A DNA stretch of 64,000 nt from Gammaproteobacteria bacterium (GCA_022820625.1 JAJEFE010000011.1:846-64845); one strand, 5' to 3'; counted from the stretch's first letter, positions 38,649-47,736 are shown. A program made the numbers and translations. Notes: generated from the letters alone by a model not told the origin.

Positions 38649-39755
38649 CTACTCGACATCCAGATGCCGGCTGCTGGCATGGGGATCGCAGTCGTACTCC
38701 GCCCATGGGTACCCCGGATCCACAAAGAACGTGGCTGACATGTTCACCGGTTCCGTGAGGTAGACCGGGTCCTCGAAGGTGTAGTCCACCTGCATGCGCC
38801 TGCCGCCGTCGAGCAGCGTATAGCGCTCCACCACGTGCTTGAGGTCGCTGGAGGGCACCCCGGCGCCGATGCCCCAGTCCGCGGGCGAGAACAATGCGGT
38901 GTCCACCACCAGCGTCTCGTCCTCGAACCAGCCGATGGAATGGCCCAGGTGGGAGGGCTCGACATCGGAAGGATGGCCGGTCAGGCCCAGGTGGACGGTG
39001 CGCTCCACCTCCAGGATTTCGTAGCGGAAAGTGATCCGGTCTTCGGTCGGCCGGAGAATCTCCTGGGTGCCGCTGACGACCCCGGGAAGCGTTCTCGGCT
39101 CGCACCGGAACCAGGGGTTGTCGCGCACGTCCCAGTTGTCCAGCTCCGCCTGACCTCTCGCCGTAACCGGCAGGCCCACGGCAGGCGTCTGGTTGCCGAG
39201 GGAGATGTTGGCGCCTGCCGGCGGAGGTCCGGCCGCGGGTGCACCGCCGCCTCCCATCCCCATGCCGCCGCCCATGCCGCCTTCCCGCCGCCAGATGCCG
39301 GTGAAGTCGCCGGAACTCGCGGTGGTGTCCAGTTCCCGCTCGGGCGGGCGCTGGATGGGCACGCCGCGAGAGTAGTTCGGCGCCGACACCATGCGGCTGC
39401 CGTCGGGCAATACGAAATAGTTGGAGAAGAAGAATTTCTTGCTGCGGTCGTTGTCCGGATTGCCGAATACGGTCACCCTGTCGCCCACCTGAATGGTGTC
39501 GCGGGTCCACCCGGTACCGGTGAGCACGGCGATGGAGTTGAGTTCCAGCAGCCATTCTTCCACTTCTCCGGCATCGGTTTCGACGTCCAGTGTCACGAAG
39601 GTATGCGGATTGCGCCATGTGTATTCGGTGACCGTGCCGTGGAGTTCGATCACGTCGTCGAGATCGAAATTGCCGCGGGAGTGATGTGCGCCGGCAAGGC
39701 CGAAAAGGCCAACTGTGCCGACGGCTGCGAAAAGCGATACGTGCCAGCGTTTCAT
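38649..39755 (-). CDS. Uncharacterised secreted two-domain protein, HHS family paralogue 1 (DUF6152-like N-domain + unknown C-domain)
   Basis: Signal peptide ...GLAGA|HHS, WRNPH, Gly-rich linker, LGHSIGWFEDETLVVDT, VERYTL, YDC. ATG 39755 with GAGAGG SD. Confidence 0.75.
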   Translation of the reverse strand: MKRWHVSLFAAVGTVGLFGLAGAHHSRGNFDLDDVIELHGTVTEYTWRNPHTFVTLDVETDAGEVEEWLLELNSIAVLTGTGWTRDTIQVGDRVTVFGNPDNDRSKKFFFSNYFVLPDGSRMVSAPNYSRGVPIQRPPERELDTTASSGDFTGIWRREGGMGGGMGMGGGGAPAAGPPPAGANISLGNQTPAVGLPVTARGQAELDNWDVRDNPWFRCEPRTLPGVVSGTQEILRPTEDRITFRYEILEVERTVHLGLTGHPSDVEPSHLGHSIGWFEDETLVVDTALFSPADWGIGAGVPSSDLKHVVERYTLLDGGRRMQVDYTFEDPVYLTEPVNMSATFFVDPGYPWAEYDCDPHASSRHLDVE

Positions 39756-39872
39756 TGGTTGCCTCTCAAGAGTCTTCATTCGATGCATTTGCCGAAATCG
39801 ATTCGCTGATGATTGCGAAGCCGTTACCTGAATCCGTTTCCGGAGGGAGCCGTTTACCGTAGTCCCGGGATG

Positions 39873-40676
39873 CTACTGGGACAGGGGTTCCGTCATCTCG
39901 ATGTGCAGTCCGTCAGGACCCTCCAGGAACATCAGGTCCGCGCCGGGGGGGTTCGGGCGTTCGAGATAGGGCTCGTAGCCGGACGCCCGCAAGGTCTCGC
40001 GGAATTCGTCCAGCGATGGGACCCTGAAACCGATGTGATCGGCGGCCCGGAACCGGCTCGACATCCTCGGTGCGTCCTCCGGCGCCTGGCTGATGTGGAT
40101 CCAGACGTTGTCGTAGAGAATGGTGTGAAAACGGCCCCGACCGCGTGCCTCGTTCAATTCGCCGCCGAACACCTGCAGGAACCAGTCCCGCGTCGCGTCC
40201 GCATCGGAGGCGAAGATATGCGCGTGGTTGATACCCGGATAGTCGGGGTCTTCAAGCAGTTCGAAGCGGCCGCCCCAGGGATCCGTGACGTGGGCGATCA
40301 CGGGCGCGGTGACGCCTTCCTGCGGTTCGGTCCGTATGTCCCCGCCGATTTCCCGGATCAGGTCCACGGCGGCCTGCACATCGGGCACGGTAATTCCAAT
40401 GTGATCGAGGACATTGACCGCGCCGTCCCCCGCCATGCCCTCGTTGGGCATGGTGCCGACAAAGCCGTTGGGATGGCGAATGCCCGGCCCGGGGCCGGTT
40501 TCACCCGGTTCACCTCCCAGCACCCGGTTGTACCATTCCGCCGCCGCCTCCTGTTGCCCCTCCGGGACCCGGTAGTGAGCGTGGGTGAAGACGCTCTGCG
40601 CCAGTACGGTTCCCATCGGCAGGAGCGAAACAACGGTCAGGGATGCGAGAGTTCGTGCCAGGCCAGATCTTTTCAT
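39873..40676 (-). CDS. Secreted two-module VOC (glyoxalase/bleomycin-resistance/dioxygenase) family protein
   Basis: Signal peptide ...VLA|QS. Two VOC modules (LDHIGITV, ADHIGFRV). Good SD. Confidence 0.7.
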   Translation of the reverse strand: MKRSGLARTLASLTVVSLLPMGTVLAQSVFTHAHYRVPEGQQEAAAEWYNRVLGGEPGETGPGPGIRHPNGFVGTMPNEGMAGDGAVNVLDHIGITVPDVQAAVDLIREIGGDIRTEPQEGVTAPVIAHVTDPWGGRFELLEDPDYPGINHAHIFASDADATRDWFLQVFGGELNEARGRGRFHTILYDNVWIHISQAPEDAPRMSSRFRAADHIGFRVPSLDEFRETLRASGYEPYLERPNPPGADLMFLEGPDGLHIEMTEPLSQ

Positions 40677-40704
40677 GTTATGTCTCTCCCCGGAGTTCGA
40701 TCAG

Positions 40705-40723
40705 GTTGGTCAGGGTGACCAAC
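40705..40723. promoter_or_regulatory. Perfect 8-3-8 palindrome GTTGGTCA-GGG-TGACCAAC in a divergent promoter region
   Basis: Seen directly. Lies between the VOC operon (-) and HHS paralogue 2 (+). A TAGAAT -10-like hexamer is at 40772-40777. Confidence 0.4.
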
Positions 40724-40830
40724 ATATCATTGGGGATACAGCCGCGCCAGCGACGGAAACCCGGGCTGGGGTAGAATCGTTCTGCGGCCCTTGATTCCCA
40801 GGCGATTCGAAATACACGGAGGGGAGAATC

Positions 40831-41862
40831 ATGAACCGGATCACCGCAGCATTCGTGGCAGGCATGGCCGCGGGGACCGCCCATGCCCACCACTCCAACG
40901 ACTATCACTTCGACCGCAATGTGGGTGTCACCGTCAGCGGGACGGTCAAGCTGTTCCGCTTCATCAATCCGCATGCCCGGTTGTTGATCGACGTCACCGG
41001 GGACGACGGATCGGTGGTGACCTGGGACTGCGAGTTGTCGGGATCCAACGGCCTGATGAGGCGCGGATGGACGCGCGACGTCTTCCGGCCCGGCGACGAC
41101 ATCGTCGTGCAGGGATTTGCGGCGAGGCGTCACGACGCCGAGTGCTACTTCGACACCGCGGAGTATGCGGACGGCCGGGTGATCGCACTCGGCGACACGT
41201 TCGATGCCGAAGTACCGGCTGCGGCCCCCCGCGCTGCCCGTGCGGCCGTTCCGGCAAATGTGCCCGACTTCAGCCGGGTCTGGCAGCGGTCCGGCGGCGG
41301 TGGCGGCGGCGGTGGCGGTCCGCAACTCGGTGGCTCCAACCGCCACGCTGCAGTGCTCAACGACGCCGGCCGCGAGGCCCTGGCACGGTACGATCCGGTG
41401 CTGGACGATCCCGCCCTGACCTGCAGCCCGGTGAGTATCCGGCGGCTTTGGGGCAACAACGACCTCACCGAGATCGAGCAGACCGACGACCGCGTCGTCA
41501 TTCGGCACGAGTGGATGGACGCCGTGCGGGAGGTCCGCCTGGACATGGACGAGCATCCTGCGGATCTCGACGAGCGCGTCCTGGGTCACTCCATCGGCTG
41601 GTACGAAGGCTCGACGCTGGTGATCGATACCGTCGGTTACGAGGCGGGGATGCTGGCGCAGCATCCCGGAATGCCGCACAGCAACCAACTCCACACCGTG
41701 GAACGGCTGACCCTGGGGCCGGCGGGCGACACCTTCGAACTGACCATTGTCAGCGACGATGCACTCTATTACACCGCACCCGTTGCGGATACCCGAACAT
41801 TCGCTGCCTCCGACCAGGTGCCCCGCCAATACGATTGCACGCACCCCGGACTGGGACGCTGA
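40831..41862 (+). CDS. Uncharacterised secreted two-domain protein, HHS family paralogue 2
   Basis: Signal peptide ...GTAHA|HHS, FINPH, G9 linker, LGHSIGWYEGSTLVIDT, VERLTL, YDC. GGAGGGGAG SD. Confidence 0.75.
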   Translation: MNRITAAFVAGMAAGTAHAHHSNDYHFDRNVGVTVSGTVKLFRFINPHARLLIDVTGDDGSVVTWDCELSGSNGLMRRGWTRDVFRPGDDIVVQGFAARRHDAECYFDTAEYADGRVIALGDTFDAEVPAAAPRAARAAVPANVPDFSRVWQRSGGGGGGGGGPQLGGSNRHAAVLNDAGREALARYDPVLDDPALTCSPVSIRRLWGNNDLTEIEQTDDRVVIRHEWMDAVREVRLDMDEHPADLDERVLGHSIGWYEGSTLVIDTVGYEAGMLAQHPGMPHSNQLHTVERLTLGPAGDTFELTIVSDDALYYTAPVADTRTFAASDQVPRQYDCTHPGLGR

Positions 41863-42089
41863 CGGCGGATTGACCCATTTTCAGGTCGATATGACCCTTC
41901 CGGTTTCGCAAATTGCCCGTTTCGCAGCGGGAGTTGACATTAATTCGCGGCAATCGGCACTCCGCGCTCGAACAACGCCGTTGCGGAAAGTGTAGAATAG
42001 CGCGCTCCCGCCGGGACCCCCTGCGGGCATAACAATTTCGTTTGCGGCGTCGCCGCATACGCCCGGCACTACACGGAGCAGCATTTGTA

Positions 42090-43874
42090 ATGAGTTCAGG
42101 GCAATTCGAGTTCACGCTCGCCATCGGAGGGGCCGCGGGGCAGGGCATCGCCACCCCGGGCAGTATTCTGGCGCGGCTATTCACCCGCCGCGGCCTCTGG
42201 CTTTACGCCTATAACGCCTACCAGTCGATCATCCGCGGTGGGCACATCTACCTGACCATGCGCATCAGCGACCGGAGAACCCACAGTCACGGCGACAACC
42301 TGGACATGCTGCTGTGCCTGAACCAGGACACCATGGACCGACATCTCGGGCTGCTGGGCGCCGGGGGAAGGGCGATCTACAACAGCGACACGATCAAGCC
42401 GGGAGAAGCCGCGGACGGCGTGCAACTCTGCCCCATGCCGGTCAAGCAGCTCTCCAACCGAAGCCGCAACAGGGTCATCCAGAACACGATCGCCCTTGGG
42501 GTGATCACGTACCTTCTGGGTCTCGAATTCGATGTCCTGGAGCAGGCGCTCAAGCAGCAGTTCGGCCGCAAGGGCGACGCGGTGGTGAACGAGAACGTCA
42601 CCGCGGCCCGGGCCGGCTACGATCATGCCGTGGAGAATTTCCAACCACTCTCCGAGCCGCTGCCCGCGGGTGCGAAGCCCCTGGCGCTGTGGACCGGCAA
42701 CGACGCGCTGGCCATGGGCGGCGCCGCGGCCGGCGTCAAGTTCTACTCCGCCTATCCCATGAGCCCATCCACCGGCGTGCTCCACTGGATGGCCCGAAAC
42801 GGCCGGGACCTGGGCATCATGGTCCGCCAGGCCGAAGACGAGATCGCCGTGGCCAACATGGTCGTCGGCGCGGCCCATGTGGGCGCCCGGGCCATGTGTG
42901 CGACCTCCGGCGGCGGATTCGCACTCATGACCGAGGCGGTGGGTTCCGCCGCCATGATGGAAATTCCAGCCGTTTTCATCAACGTGATGCGCGCGGGCCC
43001 GTCCACCGGCGTGCCCACCAAGACCGAGCAGGGCGACCTGTGGCAGGCGCTCGGCGCCAGCCAGGGCGACTTCGAACGCCTGATCATGGCGCCGACGGAC
43101 GCCCTGGACGCGTTCAACGCGATCCCGGAAATGTTCAATCTCTGCGACCAGGCCCAGTGCCCGGGCATCGTGATCACCGACCTGCTGATCTCGGAGGGCA
43201 CCTTCAGCGCCGACCCGGACGAGATCAACCTCTATCCCGAGATCGACCGCGGGGAGATCATTACGAACGGAGAGGCTCCCAACGGCGAATACCTACGATA
43301 CGAAGACACCGAAACCGGCGTGTCGCCACGAGCATTGCCGGGCGTTCCCGGGTACGCCCACGTGGTTGCCACGGACGAACATGACCAGGACAGCGTGCTC
43401 ATCAGCGACGAATTCACCGACCCCCACAAGCGCCGCCGCATGGTCGAGAAACGCGCCCGCAAGATCGCCAATATCATCGAGCAGATCCCGGCGCCCGAGT
43501 TGCAGGGCCCGGAGGATGCCGATGTCACCCTGATCGGCTGGGGCTCGACCGAGGGCGTGATCGGGGAGGCCATCGAGCAACTGGCCGACAAGGGCATCAC
43601 CGCCAACCAGCTCGCGATTCGCTGGATCGTGCCCTTCCATGCCCGGGCGGTCATCGACGCCGTCGGCCGGGCGAAGCGCACGATCATTGTCGAGAACAAC
43701 TACTCCGGGCAGTTCTACCGGTACCTGCGCAGCGAGACCGGGCTCAGCGTCGACGGCCACATCCGCAAGTACGACGGCGAGCCGTTCATGCCCCATCACA
43801 TCGTCGACGGGGTGCTGGAGCAGGTGGCCGGCAAGACGAATCACTACATTCCGTATCAGGAAATCATGGTCTAG
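42090..43874 (+). CDS. korA: 2-oxoacid:ferredoxin (acceptor) oxidoreductase, alpha subunit
   Basis: N-terminal gamma-like domain (IGGAAGQGI) fused to the alpha domain (AYPMSPST...). ~595 aa. Confidence 0.85.
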   Translation: MSSGQFEFTLAIGGAAGQGIATPGSILARLFTRRGLWLYAYNAYQSIIRGGHIYLTMRISDRRTHSHGDNLDMLLCLNQDTMDRHLGLLGAGGRAIYNSDTIKPGEAADGVQLCPMPVKQLSNRSRNRVIQNTIALGVITYLLGLEFDVLEQALKQQFGRKGDAVVNENVTAARAGYDHAVENFQPLSEPLPAGAKPLALWTGNDALAMGGAAAGVKFYSAYPMSPSTGVLHWMARNGRDLGIMVRQAEDEIAVANMVVGAAHVGARAMCATSGGGFALMTEAVGSAAMMEIPAVFINVMRAGPSTGVPTKTEQGDLWQALGASQGDFERLIMAPTDALDAFNAIPEMFNLCDQAQCPGIVITDLLISEGTFSADPDEINLYPEIDRGEIITNGEAPNGEYLRYEDTETGVSPRALPGVPGYAHVVATDEHDQDSVLISDEFTDPHKRRRMVEKRARKIANIIEQIPAPELQGPEDADVTLIGWGSTEGVIGEAIEQLADKGITANQLAIRWIVPFHARAVIDAVGRAKRTIIVENNYSGQFYRYLRSETGLSVDGHIRKYDGEPFMPHHIVDGVLEQVAGKTNHYIPYQEIMV

Positions 43875-43885
43875 AGGGATCAACT

Positions 43886-44791
43886 ATGGATGGAATCGAC
43901 ACCAGGCAGCTTGTACTCGATCCGCAGACTGCCAATGATTACAAGGGCAGGGTGGATCCGGACTGGTGCCCGGGCTGCGGCGACTTCGGCGTCCTCAACA
44001 GCATGCGCAAGGCCTGCCTGGACATGGGACTCAAGCCCCACGAAATACTGACCATCAGCGGCATCGGCTGTTCGTCGAACCTCCCCGGCTACTTCAATTC
44101 CTACGGCATGCACACCCTGCACGGGCGCGCCCTGGCCGTGGCGACCGGGGCGAAGATGGCCAACCACGAACTGAACGTGGTGGTCACCGGCGGCGACGGC
44201 GACGGCTACGGCATCGGCGGAAACCATTTCACCCACACCGCCCGCCGCAACGTCGATCTCACCTACATCGTCATGGACAACGAAATCTACGGCCTGACCA
44301 CGGGCCAGTTGTCGCCCACCAGTTCGCTGGACATGAAGACCAAGAGCTCCCCCCACGGCAGCATCGAGTTTCCGTTCAACCCGATCACCTCGGCCATCAT
44401 GAACGGCGCCACCTTCGTCGCCAGGGGATTCAGTTCCGACACCCGCCACCTGTCGATGCTCATGCAGCAGGCCATCGAGCACAAGGGTTTCTCACTCATC
44501 AGCGTCTTCAGTCCCTGCATCACCTTCAACCACGACAACACAGTGAAGTTCTTCAAGCGCCGGGTGAAGAAACTCGAAGACGAGAACCATGACACCGGCG
44601 ACTGGAAAACGGCCTGCGAGAAGGCCATGGTCTGGGACGACACGATCTACACGGGACTGTTCCTGCACGTCAAGGACCGTCCGTCCCTGGATGCCGCCGA
44701 ACCGGTGCTGGACGAGGGCGGTCCCATTGCCCACCGGTCCGAGGCATTGACGAAGGAACAGGGCGACAGGATCATCAGCCGGATGATGTAG
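43886..44791 (+). CDS. korB: 2-oxoacid:ferredoxin (acceptor) oxidoreductase, beta (TPP-binding) subunit
   Basis: WCPGCGDFG, GIGCSS, GGDGDGYGIGGNH TPP motif. Confidence 0.85.
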   Translation: MDGIDTRQLVLDPQTANDYKGRVDPDWCPGCGDFGVLNSMRKACLDMGLKPHEILTISGIGCSSNLPGYFNSYGMHTLHGRALAVATGAKMANHELNVVVTGGDGDGYGIGGNHFTHTARRNVDLTYIVMDNEIYGLTTGQLSPTSSLDMKTKSSPHGSIEFPFNPITSAIMNGATFVARGFSSDTRHLSMLMQQAIEHKGFSLISVFSPCITFNHDNTVKFFKRRVKKLEDENHDTGDWKTACEKAMVWDDTIYTGLFLHVKDRPSLDAAEPVLDEGGPIAHRSEALTKEQGDRIISRMM

Positions 44792-44876
44792 GGTCTGTTA
44801 ACGTTTTTGTAGACGGCACTGCCGAAACCATGAACCCGCTGCGGTTCAAGCAAAGGTGAAATTCAAGGAGATGAGA

Positions 44877-45524
44877 ATGAAAGCGACAAGAGTTCTGCTT
44901 GCCGGATTGGCATTGGCTGCGGTTTCCATGCTGGGCATCGCCCAGGATCAGCCGCCGATGAGTTTCTTCGTTACCAGCGTGGGTCCCGGCGACGGTGCCA
45001 ATCTCGGTGGTCTCGAAGGCGCCGACGCGCACTGCCAAGCGCTCGCGGCCGAAGTTGGCCGCGGCGATGCAACCTGGCGCGCCTACCTGAGCCAGGCCGC
45101 CGGCATGGGCGCGCCGCAAGTCAATGCGCGCGACCGCATCGGCGACGGACCCTGGTACAACGCCAACGGTGTCTACATAGCATGGGACATCGACGGCCTC
45201 CACGAGGACCGCAACAACATCCGCAAGCCCACCGCCGTGGACGAGAACGGCGATGAAGTGGCGGGCGCGGGCGACCAGCCCAACCGGCACGACATTCTGA
45301 CCGGATCGGACTCCATGGGTCGGGTAGCGCCCGGTGCCGCCGACATCACCACCTGCAACAACTGGACCAGTAACGGCGAGGGCCGGGCCATGGTAGGCCA
45401 CCATGATCGCCTGGGTGGACCGAGCGCGTCCTGGAATGCCGTGCACAGCAGCCGCGGCTGCAGCCAGGAAGACCTGATCGGCACGGGCGGCGACGGGCTG
45501 TTCTATTGCTTCGCGGCAGACTGA
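44877..45524 (+). CDS. Secreted protein of unknown function with four conserved-looking Cys
   Basis: Signal peptide ...GIA|QD. FFVTSVGPGDGANLGGLEGADAHC motif. Cys at AHC, TTC, RGC, YC. ATG 44877, 6 nt after AAGGAG. Confidence 0.6.
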   Translation: MKATRVLLAGLALAAVSMLGIAQDQPPMSFFVTSVGPGDGANLGGLEGADAHCQALAAEVGRGDATWRAYLSQAAGMGAPQVNARDRIGDGPWYNANGVYIAWDIDGLHEDRNNIRKPTAVDENGDEVAGAGDQPNRHDILTGSDSMGRVAPGAADITTCNNWTSNGEGRAMVGHHDRLGGPSASWNAVHSSRGCSQEDLIGTGGDGLFYCFAAD

Positions 45525-45597
45525 CAACGCTACGCGGAATGGTCGATGCCGGCGGTTTCGGCCATTCCATCGTGCCTTGAGCGCTGTCGGGGTCCGG

Positions 45598-46746
45598 TTA
45601 CTCTGCTACGACGCAGTTGTAGGGCTTGATCTCCTGCCCGGGAATCCAGTCCCAGTGGAACTCCGGCATGATGATCGGTTCCGTGAAGGTTTGGGGATCG
45701 GTCACCGTGGCGGTCCAGTCGAGCTTCGTGCCGCCTTCGCTCAGCGTGAACCGCTCGACCATCTCGAGGTCCTCGCTTTGAGGTATGCCCTGATCGTTGA
45801 AGTAGGGGTAATCGATCCGGCTCGTTTCAACGGTCAGCGTGTCGCCCTCCCATCGGCCCACGGAATAGCCGAGCAGCGAGGGTTCCACTTCCGCGTCGGG
45901 ATCCGCGTTCAGATGGATAGTCCGGGAGTTGTCCCATTCTTCTATGTTCAGGACGATGGTCTCGCCCTGGTCGATGAATTCGATGGGAAAGGGCATGAGC
46001 ATGGCTTCGGGCATCCCGGCCGGAATGCACTGTCTTGCAGGATCGTCCGCCACCGGGTCCCACGCATCCAGCATGGCCTGGGCCGATTCCGTCAGAGGGT
46101 GGGTCCTGGCCCACCACTCCCGGACATCGCGCGCAACCCAGTGCCGGTCGCGATTCGTCCAGACTCGAAAGATGCCGGTAGCCTCGGGATAGCCCTCGGC
46201 GCCGGCCACTGCTGCGCCGCCTGCCGGGACAGCCTGTGACGTGTAGGCCGGGAGGCCGAGCGCTGCGGCCGCCTCCGTGTTCAACACGAACGACTGTCCA
46301 TCGGTCAGGGTAAGCAGTACGAGTCTGGCCTCATCCTCGACAAGCCTGGAAGGGTTAGCCGTCACCCTGACGCGTTCCCCCACGGAAACCACCGCCTCGC
46401 TGATTCCCGCACGCTCCATCGCGTTGACGGGAGAACCTTCGGCGGTCCAGATCCGCTCGCCGCCGTCCTCGTCCACGGTCCGGACCGTCAGCTGCACGTG
46501 GGGATTGCGCCAGAATACGTTCGTGACTTCACCCTCGAATTCGACGATCTCGCCGGGATCGTAAGTGAGCAGCGAGTGGTGTGCGAATGCGGTGCCCGCA
46601 AGGAACGAGAACGGCAAAATGGCGAAAGTCTGAATTGTGCCGGAATTGAACACCTTGATGCTCCCCCGAAAAAGCCGTCGCCCAAGGATACCCGATCCCG
46701 TCTTTCTTTTACGAGCCAGGACGCGAACGTACCCGGTCGCGTCCAT
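45598..46746 (-). CDS. Uncharacterised secreted two-domain protein, HHS family paralogue 3
   Basis: ...AGTAFA|HHS, WRNPH, LGYSVGRWEGDTLTVET, VERFTL, YNC. Start uncertain: ATG 46746 gives a long Arg-rich leader with a GRRLFRG Tat-like motif, while GTG 46653 has a GGGGGAG SD. Confidence 0.7.
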   Translation of the reverse strand: MDATGYVRVLARKRKTGSGILGRRLFRGSIKVFNSGTIQTFAILPFSFLAGTAFAHHSLLTYDPGEIVEFEGEVTNVFWRNPHVQLTVRTVDEDGGERIWTAEGSPVNAMERAGISEAVVSVGERVRVTANPSRLVEDEARLVLLTLTDGQSFVLNTEAAAALGLPAYTSQAVPAGGAAVAGAEGYPEATGIFRVWTNRDRHWVARDVREWWARTHPLTESAQAMLDAWDPVADDPARQCIPAGMPEAMLMPFPIEFIDQGETIVLNIEEWDNSRTIHLNADPDAEVEPSLLGYSVGRWEGDTLTVETSRIDYPYFNDQGIPQSEDLEMVERFTLSEGGTKLDWTATVTDPQTFTEPIIMPEFHWDWIPGQEIKPYNCVVAE

Positions 46747-46767
46747 GGGATCACCATGCATCGGGTA

Positions 46768-47736
46768 TCAGGGCTGCTCCGGTTCGTAGCGCCGCAGCGT
46801 CCGATCGATGACCAGCCCCGAGTACACGATGCCGTCGGGTCCTTCGGCTGCGTTTTCCGTATCGATGCCGCCGATGAACCCGGTCACCGAGCCGTCCCGG
46901 GCATCGCCCACGTAGATGCCCGTCTCGTAGTCCGGGTTCAGTTCGCTGTTTTCGCCATTCTGGGAGGCGACGTAGATCGTGTCGTCGGCCGTGATCGTCA
47001 CGCCGCTGGGCCGGCCGAACTGTTTCCACTCGTCGAGAAAGTTGCCCTGCTGGTCGAAGACCTGGACCCGCAGGTTGCCGCGGTCGGCCACGAACAGCCG
47101 GCCCCGGGAGTCCATGGCAAGCGAATGGGGCGTGTCGAATTCACCGGGTCCCGCACCGGCCCGGCCCCATTCCAGGAGGTATTCTCCCTCGGGCGAGTAC
47201 TTCACGATCCGGTTGTTGTTGTGACCGTCGGCCACGAAGATGCTGCCGTCGCCGGCAACGAAAACGTCCGCCACGCCGTCGAATGTGTAGGGACCGTCCC
47301 CGGTGGCGCCTGCGGTACCGATGGTCATGAGAACCTCGCCGTCCGGGCTGAGCTTGAAGACCTGGTTTCCGCGCCCCTCGTGGGATTCCCCGTCCGTGAG
47401 CCAGATGTTGCCTTCCCCGTCCAGGTGAAAGCCGTGCGGCCACACCAGCAACTCCTCGCCCCAGGTCATCAGCAGGTTCCCGGATGGATCGAACTTGAGC
47501 AGCGGCGGTTCGGTCCGGTCGATACAGGTGTCCGAGGAACACCGGTGGAACGCGTAGACGTTACCCGGTTCGTCGGCTTCCACCGAGATGATCTGGCCCC
47601 AGACCACACCTTCGGGCAGTTGCGCCCAGTCGTCCGTCATCCGATAGGAGCGGTCGCTTTCCTGGGCCTGGGCGGCCTGCGCCAGCGCGGCGGCAAGGAC
47701 GAACGCAATGCACGTCAGGACGCGATTTGGCTTCAT
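46768..47736 (-). CDS. Secreted NHL-repeat six-bladed propeller, peptidyl-alpha-hydroxyglycine alpha-amidating lyase (PAL)-like
   Basis: Collinear with the mammalian PAL core as remembered: VWPHGFHLDGEGNIWLTD...QVFKL, FVADGHNNNRIVKYSPEG, TPHSLAMD...FVADRGNLRVQVF. Signal peptide. GGGAGA SD. Confidence 0.75.
   Translation of the reverse strand: MKPNRVLTCIAFVLAAALAQAAQAQESDRSYRMTDDWAQLPEGVVWGQIISVEADEPGNVYAFHRCSSDTCIDRTEPPLLKFDPSGNLLMTWGEELLVWPHGFHLDGEGNIWLTDGESHEGRGNQVFKLSPDGEVLMTIGTAGATGDGPYTFDGVADVFVAGDGSIFVADGHNNNRIVKYSPEGEYLLEWGRAGAGPGEFDTPHSLAMDSRGRLFVADRGNLRVQVFDQQGNFLDEWKQFGRPSGVTITADDTIYVASQNGENSELNPDYETGIYVGDARDGSVTGFIGGIDTENAAEGPDGIVYSGLVIDRTLRRYEPEQP

Noticed and set aside
38835-40718. 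Plus-strand ORFs of 324 aa and 301 aa
   Set aside because: Antisense to HHS paralogue 1 and the VOC gene. No motifs.
40678-41873. 388-aa minus-strand ORF and 360-aa alternative plus-frame ORF
   Set aside because: Both overlap HHS paralogue 2, whose frame is validated by similarity to two other paralogues. The alternatives are Arg/Pro-rich.
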